From Podarcis filfolensis (taxonomy: Eukaryota), in the NCBI GenBank assembly GCA_964270895.1, contig OZ185437.1: a DNA stretch of 64,000 nt; one strand, 5' to 3'. The position numbers and the translations under genes are program-made. How positions within the stretch are numbered: the first letter of the stretch is position 1; every line of letters starts with the position of its first letter. Under the pieces are notes generated by a model. The model was not told the DNA's origin. It saw only the letters and a list, made by a program, of their open reading frames with translations, and did no database searches. This document shows positions 50,894 to 62,281 of this stretch, piece after piece.

Positions 50894-51721
50894 CAAACAA
50901 AATCAAATTTCTTCCCTGTCCCTAGTTATGGGTCCTGCTGGGCTGCCTTGTTTCTTCCCTCATTGGTTCTCAACCTGACACATTCCCTACAAAAGGCAAT
51001 GATTTCATAGGCTGCTATGCCAGCCTGAATTCACCAGTAATGAGCAACGTACAATGACACGGTAGTGAGGGCAGCATTGCAGGCTGTTGCTGCCGTATCC
51101 TGTTGAGGATGGGCAGCTGCTGAGTCATTTCTTTTGCAAATGATTCCGCTTGAACAAAGCTATGGTACAACCCTCCAGGGATTCTGGCTGGTTCCTGGAC
51201 AGATTCATCCACGTGAAGCTGTTTCTCAGGGTTTGCCCCAATGCACTGTTTCATTTCTCCTGAAACATTAAACATATGGGACCGATGTCTCCTTGGCATA
51301 GCAAATAATTGCGAGGCAGAGGCTGCTGACCCTGATACATAACCTTTGCAACCTTGACCGAGGTCAGATGGCTGGAGCCAGGCAATAAAATTTTCAGATT
51401 TTTATAAGCATGTTTGTGTGATGGGCTCGTATTAGAGCTGCCATCACTTGAGGCACATACGCTGCAATAGACTCTGATCTGAGTAAAGCTACGTAAGCTG
51501 GCTGCTGCCAAGAGAGAAGAATGTACTATATAGCATGCATCCTGTTGAGGCTATAAAATGTACAAAGTAGTATAAATGCCAGAGAGACTAACATCACAAC
51601 AACACCCCCCTCGCCAAATGAAAATATCTGCTTTTTGCCAGTGTCAGAAATGACTATTTTTATCCAATTGTTTGTTGGTATGAGAAAGATCTTTTGTAAG
51701 CAGAGTTGTACTAATGGTGAC

Positions 51722-51723
<2 letters not shown>

Positions 51724-51770
<47 letters not shown>

Positions 51771-51779
51771 ACACACACA
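51724..51779. repeat. (TG)n directly followed by (AC)n
   Basis: Direct reading. A second (GT)n lies at ~51911-51942. Confidence 0.95.
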
Positions 51780-51909
51780 AATCCCTTCTTAAAACCTTCA
51801 GTCGCTTATGTAGTTTAGCTTTGTGTGTGTATATCTATAAATACGACTTCAGTTTTCATAAACAGGATTTTTCTTTTCCTAGCGCATGAATCTTCTAGGA
51901 GGAAGGAGT

Positions 51910-51944
<35 letters not shown>

Positions 51945-52935
51945 AGAAGGCGGTGGCTTGTTCAGTGTGAGAGTTCAACTTAAGGCCAATAATCCAATAT
52001 ATATGTATTCCAGAGATGGAGGCGGAGGAAAGGGACGATACAAATCCTGCCTTTCACAGGAAGAGAAATAAAAATAGCTATGAATGTTATCGCTTTCAAA
52101 TGGTTCCAAGGCATGAGGAAGACGTGAGCCAAATAACAAGCGACAAGCTACATGCATACATTGGTGCGAGATAAAGACCCCACATAGGAATTTGATTTAA
52201 GTACTATCAGGCCCCATATAAGAAATGGCAAGCAGCCAAGCAAGCGTTCCGTTTTCCTGTCCATCTGCATGCCTCTGGCTGGTTGCTTATGCAGGTTGTC
52301 ATAAAAACTAATCGGCAAGACGCACTGCAGATCAGGTAGCGGAGGGAATGTTTGCTCCATAAGGGGTTGTCTTAAACATTATTTTCATTGTCGCTTGGGG
52401 TGGGTGGGCGGGAGGCAGGGAGAGGCAGGCTTGTTGCTTTGAAGGCATCAGCTTGCTGCCTTTTTAATAGTATGCTGACAACCCAAGTAAATTTGATGTT
52501 GGCTTTCCTTTATGGCGGCTGGAGGATTTTAAGTTTGCATGGATGCACACGTGTATGACATGTAAATTTGGAAAATGGGGGGCTTGTTCACATGTTCAAC
52601 TGAACATAGTTGTGAGGTATTTTTGTTAATGAGTGCACACTCATTGGCTGATTCTAGTGTGTACAGCAGAACACATAAGCTATACTCGTTGAACGTTGCA
52701 TGTAAATAACTGCGTGAATTTACACGGGCCAGCTTTTGTACATGCAGGCACACAGACCCCACACTCAAATGTGACGTGTGAACATCCTTAGAGCGAAACT
52801 TACTCATTGCTAATTTAAGGGCGTTAGAAAGTGGGTGCATTGAAGTGGCATGGCTTATAAAACCGGGAACAATGTGGAGGGCAAACATGAAATTGGAAGG
52901 TTGCCAGGAGATTGGTGAGCTTGTAGATAACAAGG

Positions 52936-53225
52936 GAATCAGAGAATCAGAGAATTGTCAAGTTGGAAGGTACCATGAGGGTCATCTAGTCCAGGCTTCC
53001 TGAACCTTGGCCCTCCAGATGTTTTTGGCCTACAACTCCCACGATCCCTAGCTAGCAAGACCCAGTTGTCAGGGATGATGGGAACTGTAGTCTCAAAACA
53101 TCTGGAGGGCCGAGGTTGAGGAAGCCTGATCTAGTCCAATGTGGGAATCTTTTGCCCGATGTGGGGCTCGAACCCATGCCCTTGAGATTAAGAGTCTCCT
53201 ACTCTACTGACTGAGCTATCCCAGG
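52936..53225 (-). mobile_element. tRNA(Lys-CTT)-headed SINE with CR1-type tail, interrupted by a MITE
   Basis: Reverse complement GGATAGCTCAGTCAGTAGAG..GAGACTCTTAATCTCA..GGGTTCGAGCCCCAC. Tail GGACTAGATGACCCTC..CCTTCCAACT..ATTCTCTGATTC. Confidence 0.85.
52992..53128. mobile_element. Palindromic hAT MITE, 137 bp
   Basis: TIR CAGGCTTCC / GGAAGCCTG and perfect 8-bp TSD ATCTAGTC. Confidence 0.92.
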
Positions 53226-54071
53226 AGATGGAGGAGAATTTTGTTTGATCTGCATCTTTGACTGATCCACCCTAATTTGCACCTCCTGGTTTAATTCATG
53301 GATTGAAACGTATCAATCCTATCAATTTTGCAGCTCCGCTAATTGTGTGATATGGTTCTTGATTAAAAAACTTTCCAAAAATGCATACTGTAGGATAGAA
53401 GTATATTTATAAATGTGTGCATTGACATAAAATACATTTTAAAGTACATTTTTTACAGTGTTTTTTTTCATATCACAGACAAATGCAGGAATGAAATTGG
53501 GACAGAGTTAGGAATGAACACCTGCAAAATTGGTGCAAATCGGAAATAGACTGATTTGTCCCTTGCCATGTTCAGGCTCTCTACAATTCTGATAAAAGCT
53601 ATCAACTCTCCCCAGCCTTTGTTCGTTCAAGAAGAACTGAGCAGCACTGGCGATTTCTACCTAAACTATTGAACTTGGTTGCTAAGTAGTATTTTAAAAT
53701 TGCAGCATGACTGATGGTTTGTTAAAATTCCACGGCATCCACCACCATTCCTCACGGCATGAAACATTTAACAAACCTGAAAGAAGGTAATAACGTCGAG
53801 AGCATTGTTACATCAGCTGTTCTGAGATTACATTTGAAACTGTGGTAAGAACAATTTGCTAGGTTTTTCCTTCTACATAAAGCCGGAAGTAGGCTTCATT
53901 ATGCAACAGGCAGGCTGTCCATCCTCCATACAATGCAAAGTAGCAACAGCTTCCATCTATTTGGTCATTGCTTTCCCCCTGTGCACTGAAACTGTATCTC
54001 AGAGTTCCATTCTGCCAAAGCCCCCTTCAGATGGCTCTACGTTCTCAATGAATATGTGTAGGTACAAGAGG

Positions 54072-54498
54072 AACATCTTAAAAAGCAGAGACATCACCTT
54101 GCCAACAGAGGTCCGTATAGTTAAAGCTATGGTTTTCCCAGTAGTGATGTATGGAAGTGAGAGCTGGACCATCAAGAAGGCTGATCGCCGAAGAATTGAT
54201 GCTTTTGAATTATGGTGCTGGAGGAGACTCTTGAGAGTCCCATGGACTGCAAGAAGAGCAAACCTATCCATTCTTAAGGAAATCAGCCCTGAGTGCTCAC
54301 TGGAAGGACAGATCCTGAAGCTGAGACTCCAGTACTTTGAGAAGAGAAGACTCCCTGAAAAGACCCTGATGTTGGGAAAGATGGAGGGCACAAGGAGAAG
54401 GGGACAACAGAGGATGAGATGGTTGGACAGTGTTCTCGAAGCTACCAGCATGAGTTTGACTAAACTGCGGGAGGCAGTGGAAGACAGGAGTTCCTGGC
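54072..54498 (+). mobile_element. RTE-BovB LINE fragment truncated at both ends
   Basis: ILKSRDITLPT.VRIVKAMVFPVVMYGSESWTIKKADRRRIDAFELWCWRRLLRVPWTARR is diagnostic of the BovB/RTE RT C-terminus. No tail present. Confidence 0.93.
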
Positions 54499-54684
54499 CA
54501 GGAGAACTCCCCGCACAGGTGTTCTGGGAAATGTCTGTGGTCACTGTGGAGAAATGCTGTTGCATACATAGCAACTTACAGTTCTGCTTCAGAATGCACA
54601 TACAGCGCTGGGGACGGTGGGAGGTTGGGTCAAGCTGGCCCACCGCATTTCATCCTGTGGTCTTTGTGTATTCAGTGAATGCAT

Positions 54685-55255
54685 AGAGCCCCAGGCATAC
54701 CTCCGAAAGGGCCTCAATTGCGACTACAGGTTTGACACACTGAATAAAAGGCCTACAGGTGATTATCCTCCACCAGGGCCAGGGCCTTTTCAGTGATGGC
54801 TCCGACCTGGTGGAATGCTGTGTCCCATGAGACCAGGGCCCTGCAGGATTTAACCTCCTTCCGCAGGGCCTGTAAGACAGAGCTATTCCGCCTGGCTTTC
54901 AATTTGAATTTAGCCTGATCTTTTATTCCCCTTCCTTCCCTCCCCCTTCCCTTTTTATGAAGACTACCCGCTCTGGGATCCCACAGCTAATTCTTCCCTG
55001 GCCTCCTCGCTGGCCCAAATAGGACTAATTTAGCCAGCTAGCCCTGGTGATCATCTAATGCTTATTGGATGGATTTTCCCCAAATTGTTTTTTGAACTTT
55101 GAACTTATTATTATTCACGCTTTTATACTATTATGTTATGCTGTTTTTTGTTGTAGCACAATTAAGTGTTTTAAATTTGTTGTTAGCCACCCTGAGCCCG
55201 GGTTTTCTGAACAGGGAAGGGCGGGGTATAAATAAAAATTTATTTTTATTATTAT
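54685..55255 (+). mobile_element. L2-like LINE 3' fragment of a different subfamily
   Basis: RAFSVMAPTWWN-like coding remnant, longer pyrimidine-rich 3' UTR, terminal GGGCGGGGTATAAATAAA plus TA-rich tail. Confidence 0.7.
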
Positions 55256-57315
55256 CACACTGCACATATATGGGGCAATGGCGTATCATGGGAGGGGCCA
55301 CAGGGGCAGTTGCCCTGAGCACAAAATTGTAAAGGGCGCAAAATTTCAGCACCCGGTGCTGCCTCAATACAGCTGCACATTTCTAGTGCTGGGCTCTGTT
55401 GAAAATGACTTCTCCAAGCAAACCAGCAAGTGACCTCTCCAGACAACAGAATGACTCATCTTTGCTTATCTCTGCAGCTGCTTGGTGGTGATACAGATGC
55501 CATAAGGCAGCTGAATGCGCGTGTGTACCCTGTCCGTTTCTCTCCCACGCACCTCACCCCTTCCGTGTTGCTCTGGGCACTGGCAACCCACGCTATGTCA
55601 CTGATTGTGTTTGTGTGATAGAGATAGGCACAGGAGAACTCAGATTCTGGGCTGGTCCACACCTCTGTTTTCTCTCCCACTTCCCCCTGGGCAAACCTGT
55701 GTTTTACTGCCAAATTGGACCAAACAGCAATCTGGTTTTCTGTGTATTCCTGCTTGTTCTGATTCAGCAGTAAAGTCTGTTTTCTAGGGGAAAGCAGCAA
55801 GACAAATGCAAAACTGCTCGGACCCAGGCAATTGGAAACTGCTCACAGGACAAGCGGAAGTGTGGATGAGCCCTCTATTTAAGTGCCTATCCTATTCTGC
55901 CCCAACAGATTGGTATTGGGCTAGTGCTACTCCTCATGACAGCACAATGGTCTCTAGTACTGTGCAAGAGAGGCAGCCTGATCCAATCCAGGGTGTCATT
56001 CCCCAAACTTCTGATCAGATGATTGACAAAGTGCTGCTTTCAGGATACAGACACTCGGTCACTGACTCACTTCTGAAGCTTATCAGTCCAGCCAGCGGCG
56101 AAGGCAATTGCCCAAAAGCAAAGAAAGCCTGGGCTAACTGGTCAACAGCTAGCCAAAGAGCAACGCATTGTGCATTGCATTGCACAGTTCAATAAAATGC
56201 CACACACACACATCTGGAAGAGTTGTGTTGATTATGTCAACCTCTGTGGATCCCAGGGAAGAAGCACGTCGTGCTCAGGAGCAGCTTGGCTCTGCCTCTT
56301 GAGGGTCTTTGCCAAAAGGCAACAAAATCTGGAGGAGATAACAGGGAAAGCAGAGCTACTGCCCAGCTTTCTCTGTCTGCTATTCATCTTTGGTTATCTC
56401 TCTTCTTATCAGCTAATTTTCCCCAGCAAATGGGATGGAGGAGACACATGGAAAAGAGGGATAAGAGGAGCTAAACAATGTCCCCTTATTTCTGTATCTG
56501 TCTCCATATGTGCGGCTCTGATCACCTCCAGCTTTCTTTGCCTGTTGGCAAAGAGCATTTAAAATGTCAACAGGTAAAACCAGAGTGCTGCTCTCTCTAT
56601 GTGGCGAGTGTAATGTGTAGCTCAGCTTGAAATTCCCGGAGAATCCCTAACCTTGCCTTTCCCCTTGCATGCTGTTGTCACTCCTAATACAATGCCAGCT
56701 ATTGGGAGGTTTTCTGCTTTGTGTGGTTTTAAAAAATAAGAATTTGCATTGAACATTTTGGTGGCCTATAACATGGTAGCAATGTGTGAATTACTGTGGT
56801 TGCAATTCCCTCCCCCCACCACTCAGTGACATCTGGTTTACAGCTGTGGTTTCAGCTTAGTGGTTTAAAACGTCTCTGAAGTTAAAGTCTGAGAAGATGA
56901 AGAAATGTTATCAACACCTTTACATGATATCAAAACCAGAACAGTTAAATTCCATCAAATGCATTATCAGTCTGCTTGCGTGGATCCTGAAAAGCATTTG
57001 GGATACATATCGTGTTCCTTTGACTCAGTTTCTGTTCTTGCCTTGGTCCTGGTGCAACTGGTACTTTTCCTGTATAAGGCATGCTGAAAGCAATGTAACA
57101 AGTGTGGAGTCAATGGGACTTTCCTTCTGAACAGATCTGCATAGGATTGCACTGTTTGATTGAAGACCTAAGTACACTTGCCACCTATGAGCTGATTGCT
57201 TATAAACGTAGACGTTGCATGGATAAGTTAAATGAAAATTGGAACTCATTTATACAAACTACAGGTTTATAATTGTAATGGTTAACTTAACAATTGTTAT
57301 TGTGATATACTATAC

Positions 57316-57316
<1 letters not shown>

Positions 57317-57372
<56 letters not shown>
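57317..57372. repeat. (TTTC)n microsatellite
   Basis: Direct reading, followed by a C-run. Confidence 0.95.
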
Positions 57373-57373
<1 letters not shown>

Positions 57374-57574
57374 CCCCCCCCCCCTTTTGAAACTAAAACC
57401 ACTTTTTACATGTTGCATTTAAATTTAAAACAAACAAACAAATCAGGATTGAACAGCTAGTTGTGATGACTAACTTTAGATAGATTGGGGGCCTAAAATA
57501 TTCCTTGCTAGGTTGCCCAGATTACATAATTTGCCTAATCAACATTCATATCTGAGTAAGGCTACAATCCTATA

Positions 57575-57789
57575 CAGTGGTACCTCTGGTTAAGAACTTA
57601 ATTTGTTCCGGAGGTCCGTTCTTAACCTGAAACTGTTCTTAACTTGAGGTACCACTTTAGCTAATGGGGCCTCCTGCTGCCACCGCCCGATTTCTGTTCT
57701 CATCCTGAGGTAAAGTTCTTAACCCGAGGTACTACTTCCGGGTTAGCAGAATCTGTAACCCAAGGAGTTTGTAACCTGAGGTACCACTG
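57575..57789 (+). mobile_element. Tigger/Tc1-like MITE, 215 bp
   Basis: TA-CAGTGGTACCTC...GAGGTACCACTG-TA. Appears to sit inside an older small repeat (ACAATCCTATA...ATTGAATTCAATG...TAAGATTGT). Confidence 0.92.
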
Positions 57790-57882
57790 TACCCACTAAA
57801 ACTGGGAGTAGGCCTTATTGAATTCAATGAGCAGACTGCATAAGATTGTGGTAGACATGTCTTTTGTTTTATTTGGCCATTT

Positions 57883-58047
57883 AGGACCATAGAAAGCTGT
57901 CTTATACCAAGTCAAACCATTAGTCCCTCTAGATCAGTTTTGTTTACACTGCATGGCAGTGCTTCTCCAGGATTTCAGGCAGAAGTCTCTCCCAGACCTA
58001 CAAGGAGATAGCAAGGATTGAACCTGCATGCAAGCAGATGCTCTTGG
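57883..58047 (-). mobile_element. tRNA-derived SINE (family of 13813)
   Basis: Antisense body AAGCTGTCTTATACC..CCATTAGTCC..ACTGCATGGCAG and head remnant GGATTGAACC..GCAAGCAGATGCTCT. Confidence 0.6.
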
Positions 58048-58393
58048 TTTGTGGAAAATCCTAACTTCCTGTTGGGAAACAGGTTGATGGAGACACAGCT
58101 TCTTCCAAAGCCTTGCTACTTTGGCTAATTAAACAATATATGGCCTTTTAAACTTTGTGTGTGGCGGGATATTGCTTTGTTTGTATCTATGTTATGTATT
58201 TTTTTGTGTTATATTGTAAATCACCCTGTGATCCTTGGACGAAGGTTGGTATAGAAATGTAATAAATCATAATAATATTAAATACCTATCCCAGCCAGGG
58301 CAGAAGGTGACGACAGGTTTTAACACAACTTTCGGTGTAGCAGCCACTGTCTGACACAACAGAGAAGTCCAGATTGGGTGCCTCTCTCTAAAA

Positions 58394-58529
58394 CAGGCTT
58401 CCTCAAACTCAGGCCTCCAGATGTTTTTGGCCTACAACTCCCATGATCCCTAGCTAGCAGGACCAGTGGTCAGGGATGACGGGAATTGTAGTCTCAAAAC
58501 ATCTGGAGGGCTGAGTTTGAGAAAGCTTG
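58394..58529. mobile_element. Palindromic hAT MITE, 136 bp
   Basis: Same family as the 52992 copy. Perfect 8-bp TSD CTCTAAAA. Confidence 0.92.
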
Positions 58530-58540
58530 CTCTAAAAGAT

Positions 58541-58693
58541 GGGCCTGCAGTGGTGCAATGGTTCGATGTGTCTAGCTGTTAACCAGAAAGTTGGGGGTCT
58601 GAGCCCACTTACGGATGGCTGTTGGCAGGATTCTGTCCTTGCCGAAGCTTGGACTAGATGACCCTCAAGGTTCTTTCAAAATCTACTGTGATT
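58541..58693 (+). mobile_element. tRNA(Asn)-headed SINE with CR1-type tail, degenerate
   Basis: GTGGTGCAATGGTT..GCTGTTAACCAGAAAGTTGG..GAGCCCAC resembles tRNA-Asn(GTT). Tail GGACTAGATGACCCTCAAGGT. Confidence 0.7.
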
Positions 58694-59838
58694 TAGCATC
58701 CAATATATCTTTGGTCAACCCTTCACTGTCACAAAACTATGCATTGTTACATTGCCAGTGGGGATGCTTCTATCCTGACCATCTGCGTCTGCAGCAGACA
58801 CAGGTGGAAGGACTTCTCTGTCTCATCCTAATACTCAGTGCTTTTTTTCTTAAAAAATGTTTAGGGGTAAGCATACACCTGCGTCCCCCACAGAAAAGAA
58901 GCACTGCTAATATTCTCCCAGCAGCACATATTGAGTTAGGATTTTTTTTTTTTGTGCAAATTATTTTGGCCTTTGGCTTTTCTTTTTTTTATTTAATGCT
59001 TTCCATTTTCTTCTCTCCGGGTGTTTTTGATTCTATACCGCAAACTGAAATGCTAAATCTGCAGTAAGGTGAGATGAAAGGAAAGATAAGTCCCACTGTA
59101 TAGTCTTGACTCTTTTAAGTTCAGTTGATTCCAGTGGCAGAGGGTTACGCAGGCTTCTCTTTTCCGCTGAAACCAGGGTGGCTTAAACATACTTGGAGTG
59201 GGCTGTGTGTGCCCAAATTGATTTTCCTTAATAGATGTTCGCAACAGTCCGGCAGTCCGGCATTTTTAATCAGCCGTAGCATATTGTAAATTTTCTGTAA
59301 GTTTAGAATAAGGGAAATGTTTAATGGAAGATGGAAGGAAGTACGCTCGAAGCTGAGCACCTGCAAGTCTGGGATTCTTGCCAGATGAATGCAGCATTAT
59401 CCAAATTAGGCTTCTACCTCATTTCTTTATCAATCAACAAATGACAAAACTGAACTAATAAGGTTTTAATGCCGTTAACAGCAAACAGCCCTTGAAGGGC
59501 TTTCTTGAAATGCCTCCCCCTCCCTGCTCATTTAACAAAAGGTGGGGAGGGTACTTTCTTAACCTGAACTGGGCAAGCAGCAGCTCACTAATGCAATTCA
59601 GATGGCTAAACAACTGAGCCAAGCTACATAATTTAAAGGGAGACAATCCTTCTGTAAACACTTGCCAGTAATCATTGGCCTGGTAGACCATTCTTTCTCA
59701 GCAGCAGGTGTGATGATCCTGGCACCAGTTCAGGTCTCAGAAGGCAGATCGGGGGCACACAGAAATCACAGCAAGGTTCAAAGTCCTAGACATGGATATA
59801 TTCAAGATTTGTTTTGTTTGCTTTTAAAACTCACCTCA

Positions 59839-60135
59839 CATACTCCGCAAATGTCGCAGAAAAACCGGGACATCCCATTTTTATTGCAAAAGAATGGCGG
59901 CCATTTTGGTTGCCGTGATCTCTCGTGATTCCTCCCCTGGAAAGAGTGCTTTTTTCAGGGCTGTGATCTCACGTAATGCCCCAAAACACATGTTTTTGGC
60001 TGCTGTACCCGAATCACAATGTGAAAACATACAGGATCACAGCAGTCAAAATGGCCGCCATGCTCTTGGGATAAATAACGAGAAGATGGTGTCCGGGAAG
60101 ATAGCGCCCTGGATTTAAAAGTGTTGGAAGGTATG
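59839..60135. mobile_element. MITE-like element with CATAC.. / ..GTATG ends
   Basis: Ends CATACTCCGCAA / TTGGAAGGTATG. Internal inverted pair GGCGGCCATTTTG / CAAAATGGCCGCC. Confidence 0.55.
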
Positions 60136-60748
60136 ACCTGAGTGTATTTTAGCAATGCTTGTTTTGATTACTTTTTAATGCCACTGCTAGGCTGCATCCC
60201 ATGCAGTCCAGGAAGATCATCATGACCAGGGAGAGACCAACTTGGACCCATTCATATCAGCCAGTGAAGTAGCTGACCCATTGCTTGCTTCCTTCTTCCC
60301 TCCACATTCCTTTTTCCTTTTGTACCATGCTTATTAAACCAACAGCCTTTGAGTAGGGACTGCATCATTGATAGATGTAAACTTCCCCGGCTTTGTGGGA
60401 AGCATGATAATTCAGCAAGATCTCAAAGATGATGATGATCTTTGGGGGCTGGTTTTGCCTCACCCCTGAATACTTCAGCCCAGTGCTGAGCTAAATCTCA
60501 TTGGCTGCTTGATATGGTTCTATAACAATAACAGAGTGGAGGCAGGGAGAATTGATCTGCCTGAATGTTCTGTGCAAGTAGTTTTTTAAAATAATACATA
60601 AGCCATAGTGTAGCTTGTTATCTAGCTTTCAAGTACCAGGTGGAGTGTTTTTCTTGAGCAAGCCTCTCATTTAAATGGAGAAGTTGGAGAAGTTTCAGCT
60701 CAGCTCTGATTCTCATTTGTGTTCGTCTCACTACTGAATTAATGAGCA

Positions 60749-60788
<40 letters not shown>

Positions 60789-61281
60789 TCTTTCAAACAT
60801 GCGATGAAAACCAATAGAACAGCTGTGATTTTCTCTTAATTTACATAATGCTGCACATAATGATAGGTCATTAAACTGCATTGTTTTAAATTGAAACCTT
60901 GCTCATTTCAGACGATTTGATAACTTGTCTGTGATTTAGATCATGCTTTCTTGGCTGTTGCTGATTATTTCTACGTAATTTGTTTTATGTTTCTGCCTTT
61001 GTGGATGTTTGATTTTTTTTTTTAATGTGATTTTTGTGTCCCTTTGAAGTGTACATTTTTTGCAGTCATAGAATTGGACTAGAATTCTTATAGCTGACCT
61101 GTTGGCTATGAGAGCAGATGGGATCCAGTAGATTTTGGACTAGCTCAGACCCACCCTGCTCTTGGAATGCCCCCCACCCAGAGTGGAAAGCAAGCAAAGA
61201 GATGCTTCTGCTTAGTTTTAAACTCTCAATAATCTGACCTGAGCAGGTGGTGGTTGCGGTTTGGATTCCATCCTTTGAGTA

Positions 61282-61531
61282 CAATCATACCTTGGATCCT
61301 GAACACCTTGGTACTTGGACGTTTTGGCTCCTGAACGCCGCAAACCTGGAAGTGAGTGTTCTGGTATGCGAACATTCTTTGGAACCCGAACGTCCAACAG
61401 GGCTTCTGCGGCTTCTGATTGGCTGCAGGAGCTTCCTGCAGCCAATCAGAAGCTGTGCTTTGGTTTCTGAACGTTTTGGAAGTCAAACAGACTTCTGGAA
61501 TGGATTCTGTTCGACTTCCAAGGTATGACTG
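61282..61531. mobile_element. Tigger/Tc1-like MITE, 250 bp (second family)
   Basis: TIR CAATCATACCTTGGA / TCCAAGGTATGACTG (14/15 match), TA flanks, perfect central 20-bp inverted repeat GCTTCTGATTGGCTGCAGGA. Confidence 0.88.
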
Positions 61532-62104
61532 TATTATGAAGTGTATATGAGAAGATGAAGCTAACATTGAAATCAAAATACTTATGTCTAATAGCCCCTG
61601 GATTTTCTGGAAGGCTTTAAATAAGAGCACATTTCAGTGGTCTCCTCCTTTGGTGTGATTAGCTGGACAATGATTAAAACAGCACTTTCTGCATAGTTTT
61701 CCTATGCTTGAAGCTGAAACCTCTCCCACAATTCACTAGAGCTCAAGGAAACCTTGTTTCAGCAACAATTATTTGACGAATATTTACCACAGTTTGACTA
61801 AGGTGCCTTTTCCATAATTCACAGCTGTGGTGCTCTGGCTTTCCGAAATTTCATTTCCTCTTATGCTAACAATCGCAATGAGTTTCATTAATCCTGTGTG
61901 TACTCTGTACGGAGACTGAAATGATTCAAGTCCAGCTATTAAAGTTGTACCTGTAGCCCAAAGGCGAGCCAGGAGATGACACATTTGCCGTTAACTCAAA
62001 TCCTTCAGGCTTAAAGTTGGCTCAGTCTTTTGAGCCTGAGGCAGGGTGGATGATGAGAGAATTGGATCACAGCTGGCAACAGGAGGAATATATGTCTGGA
62101 CTTT

Positions 62105-62277
62105 TGTTATGTGCTGTTTGTGGGGGTTCCCATGCAGCTAGTTGGGAAGCTGCAGCCAGTGCAGAATGCCACAGCCTGGGTAGTAGGTGGTGATGCTTGT
62201 CGGGTACATATTGCGCCAGGGTTACAGAATCTGTACTGGCTGCCTATTAGCCACCAAGCCAGTTTTAAGGTTCTGCC
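62105..62277 (+). mobile_element. Old L2 ORF2 fragment
   Basis: LFVG.P....KLQ.VQNA.A..V.G....HI.P.LQ.L.WLP...A.FKVL motif. Confidence 0.75.
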
Positions 62278-62281
62278 ACTC

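Noticed and set aside
51015-51280. Minus-strand acceptor followed by an ~80-codon frame; also acceptors at 14342 (-) and ~20311 (+)
   Set aside because: No recognisable peptide, no convincing paired donor, and no consistent exon chain.
53150-53225. tRNA-Lys-like sequence (also the Ile- and Asn-like sequences) as real tRNA genes
   Set aside because: Stems are mutated and each runs into a SINE body and tail rather than a T-rich terminator.
53856-54686. Longest ORF (276 aa)
   Set aside because: The middle is a BovB RT fragment and the flanks are chance read-through. Not a host gene.
56387-56400. TCTTTGGTTATCT, matching the 5' 13 nt of miR-9
   Set aside because: The match stops at 13 nt and there is no complementary star arm or precursor hairpin.
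55806-59067. ORFs of 129-150 aa in mostly unique sequence (55806, 56170, 58615)
   Set aside because: No recognisable domain. Composition is rich in Leu/Ser/Cys/Phe as in non-coding frames, and the lengths are plausible by chance in 64 kb.
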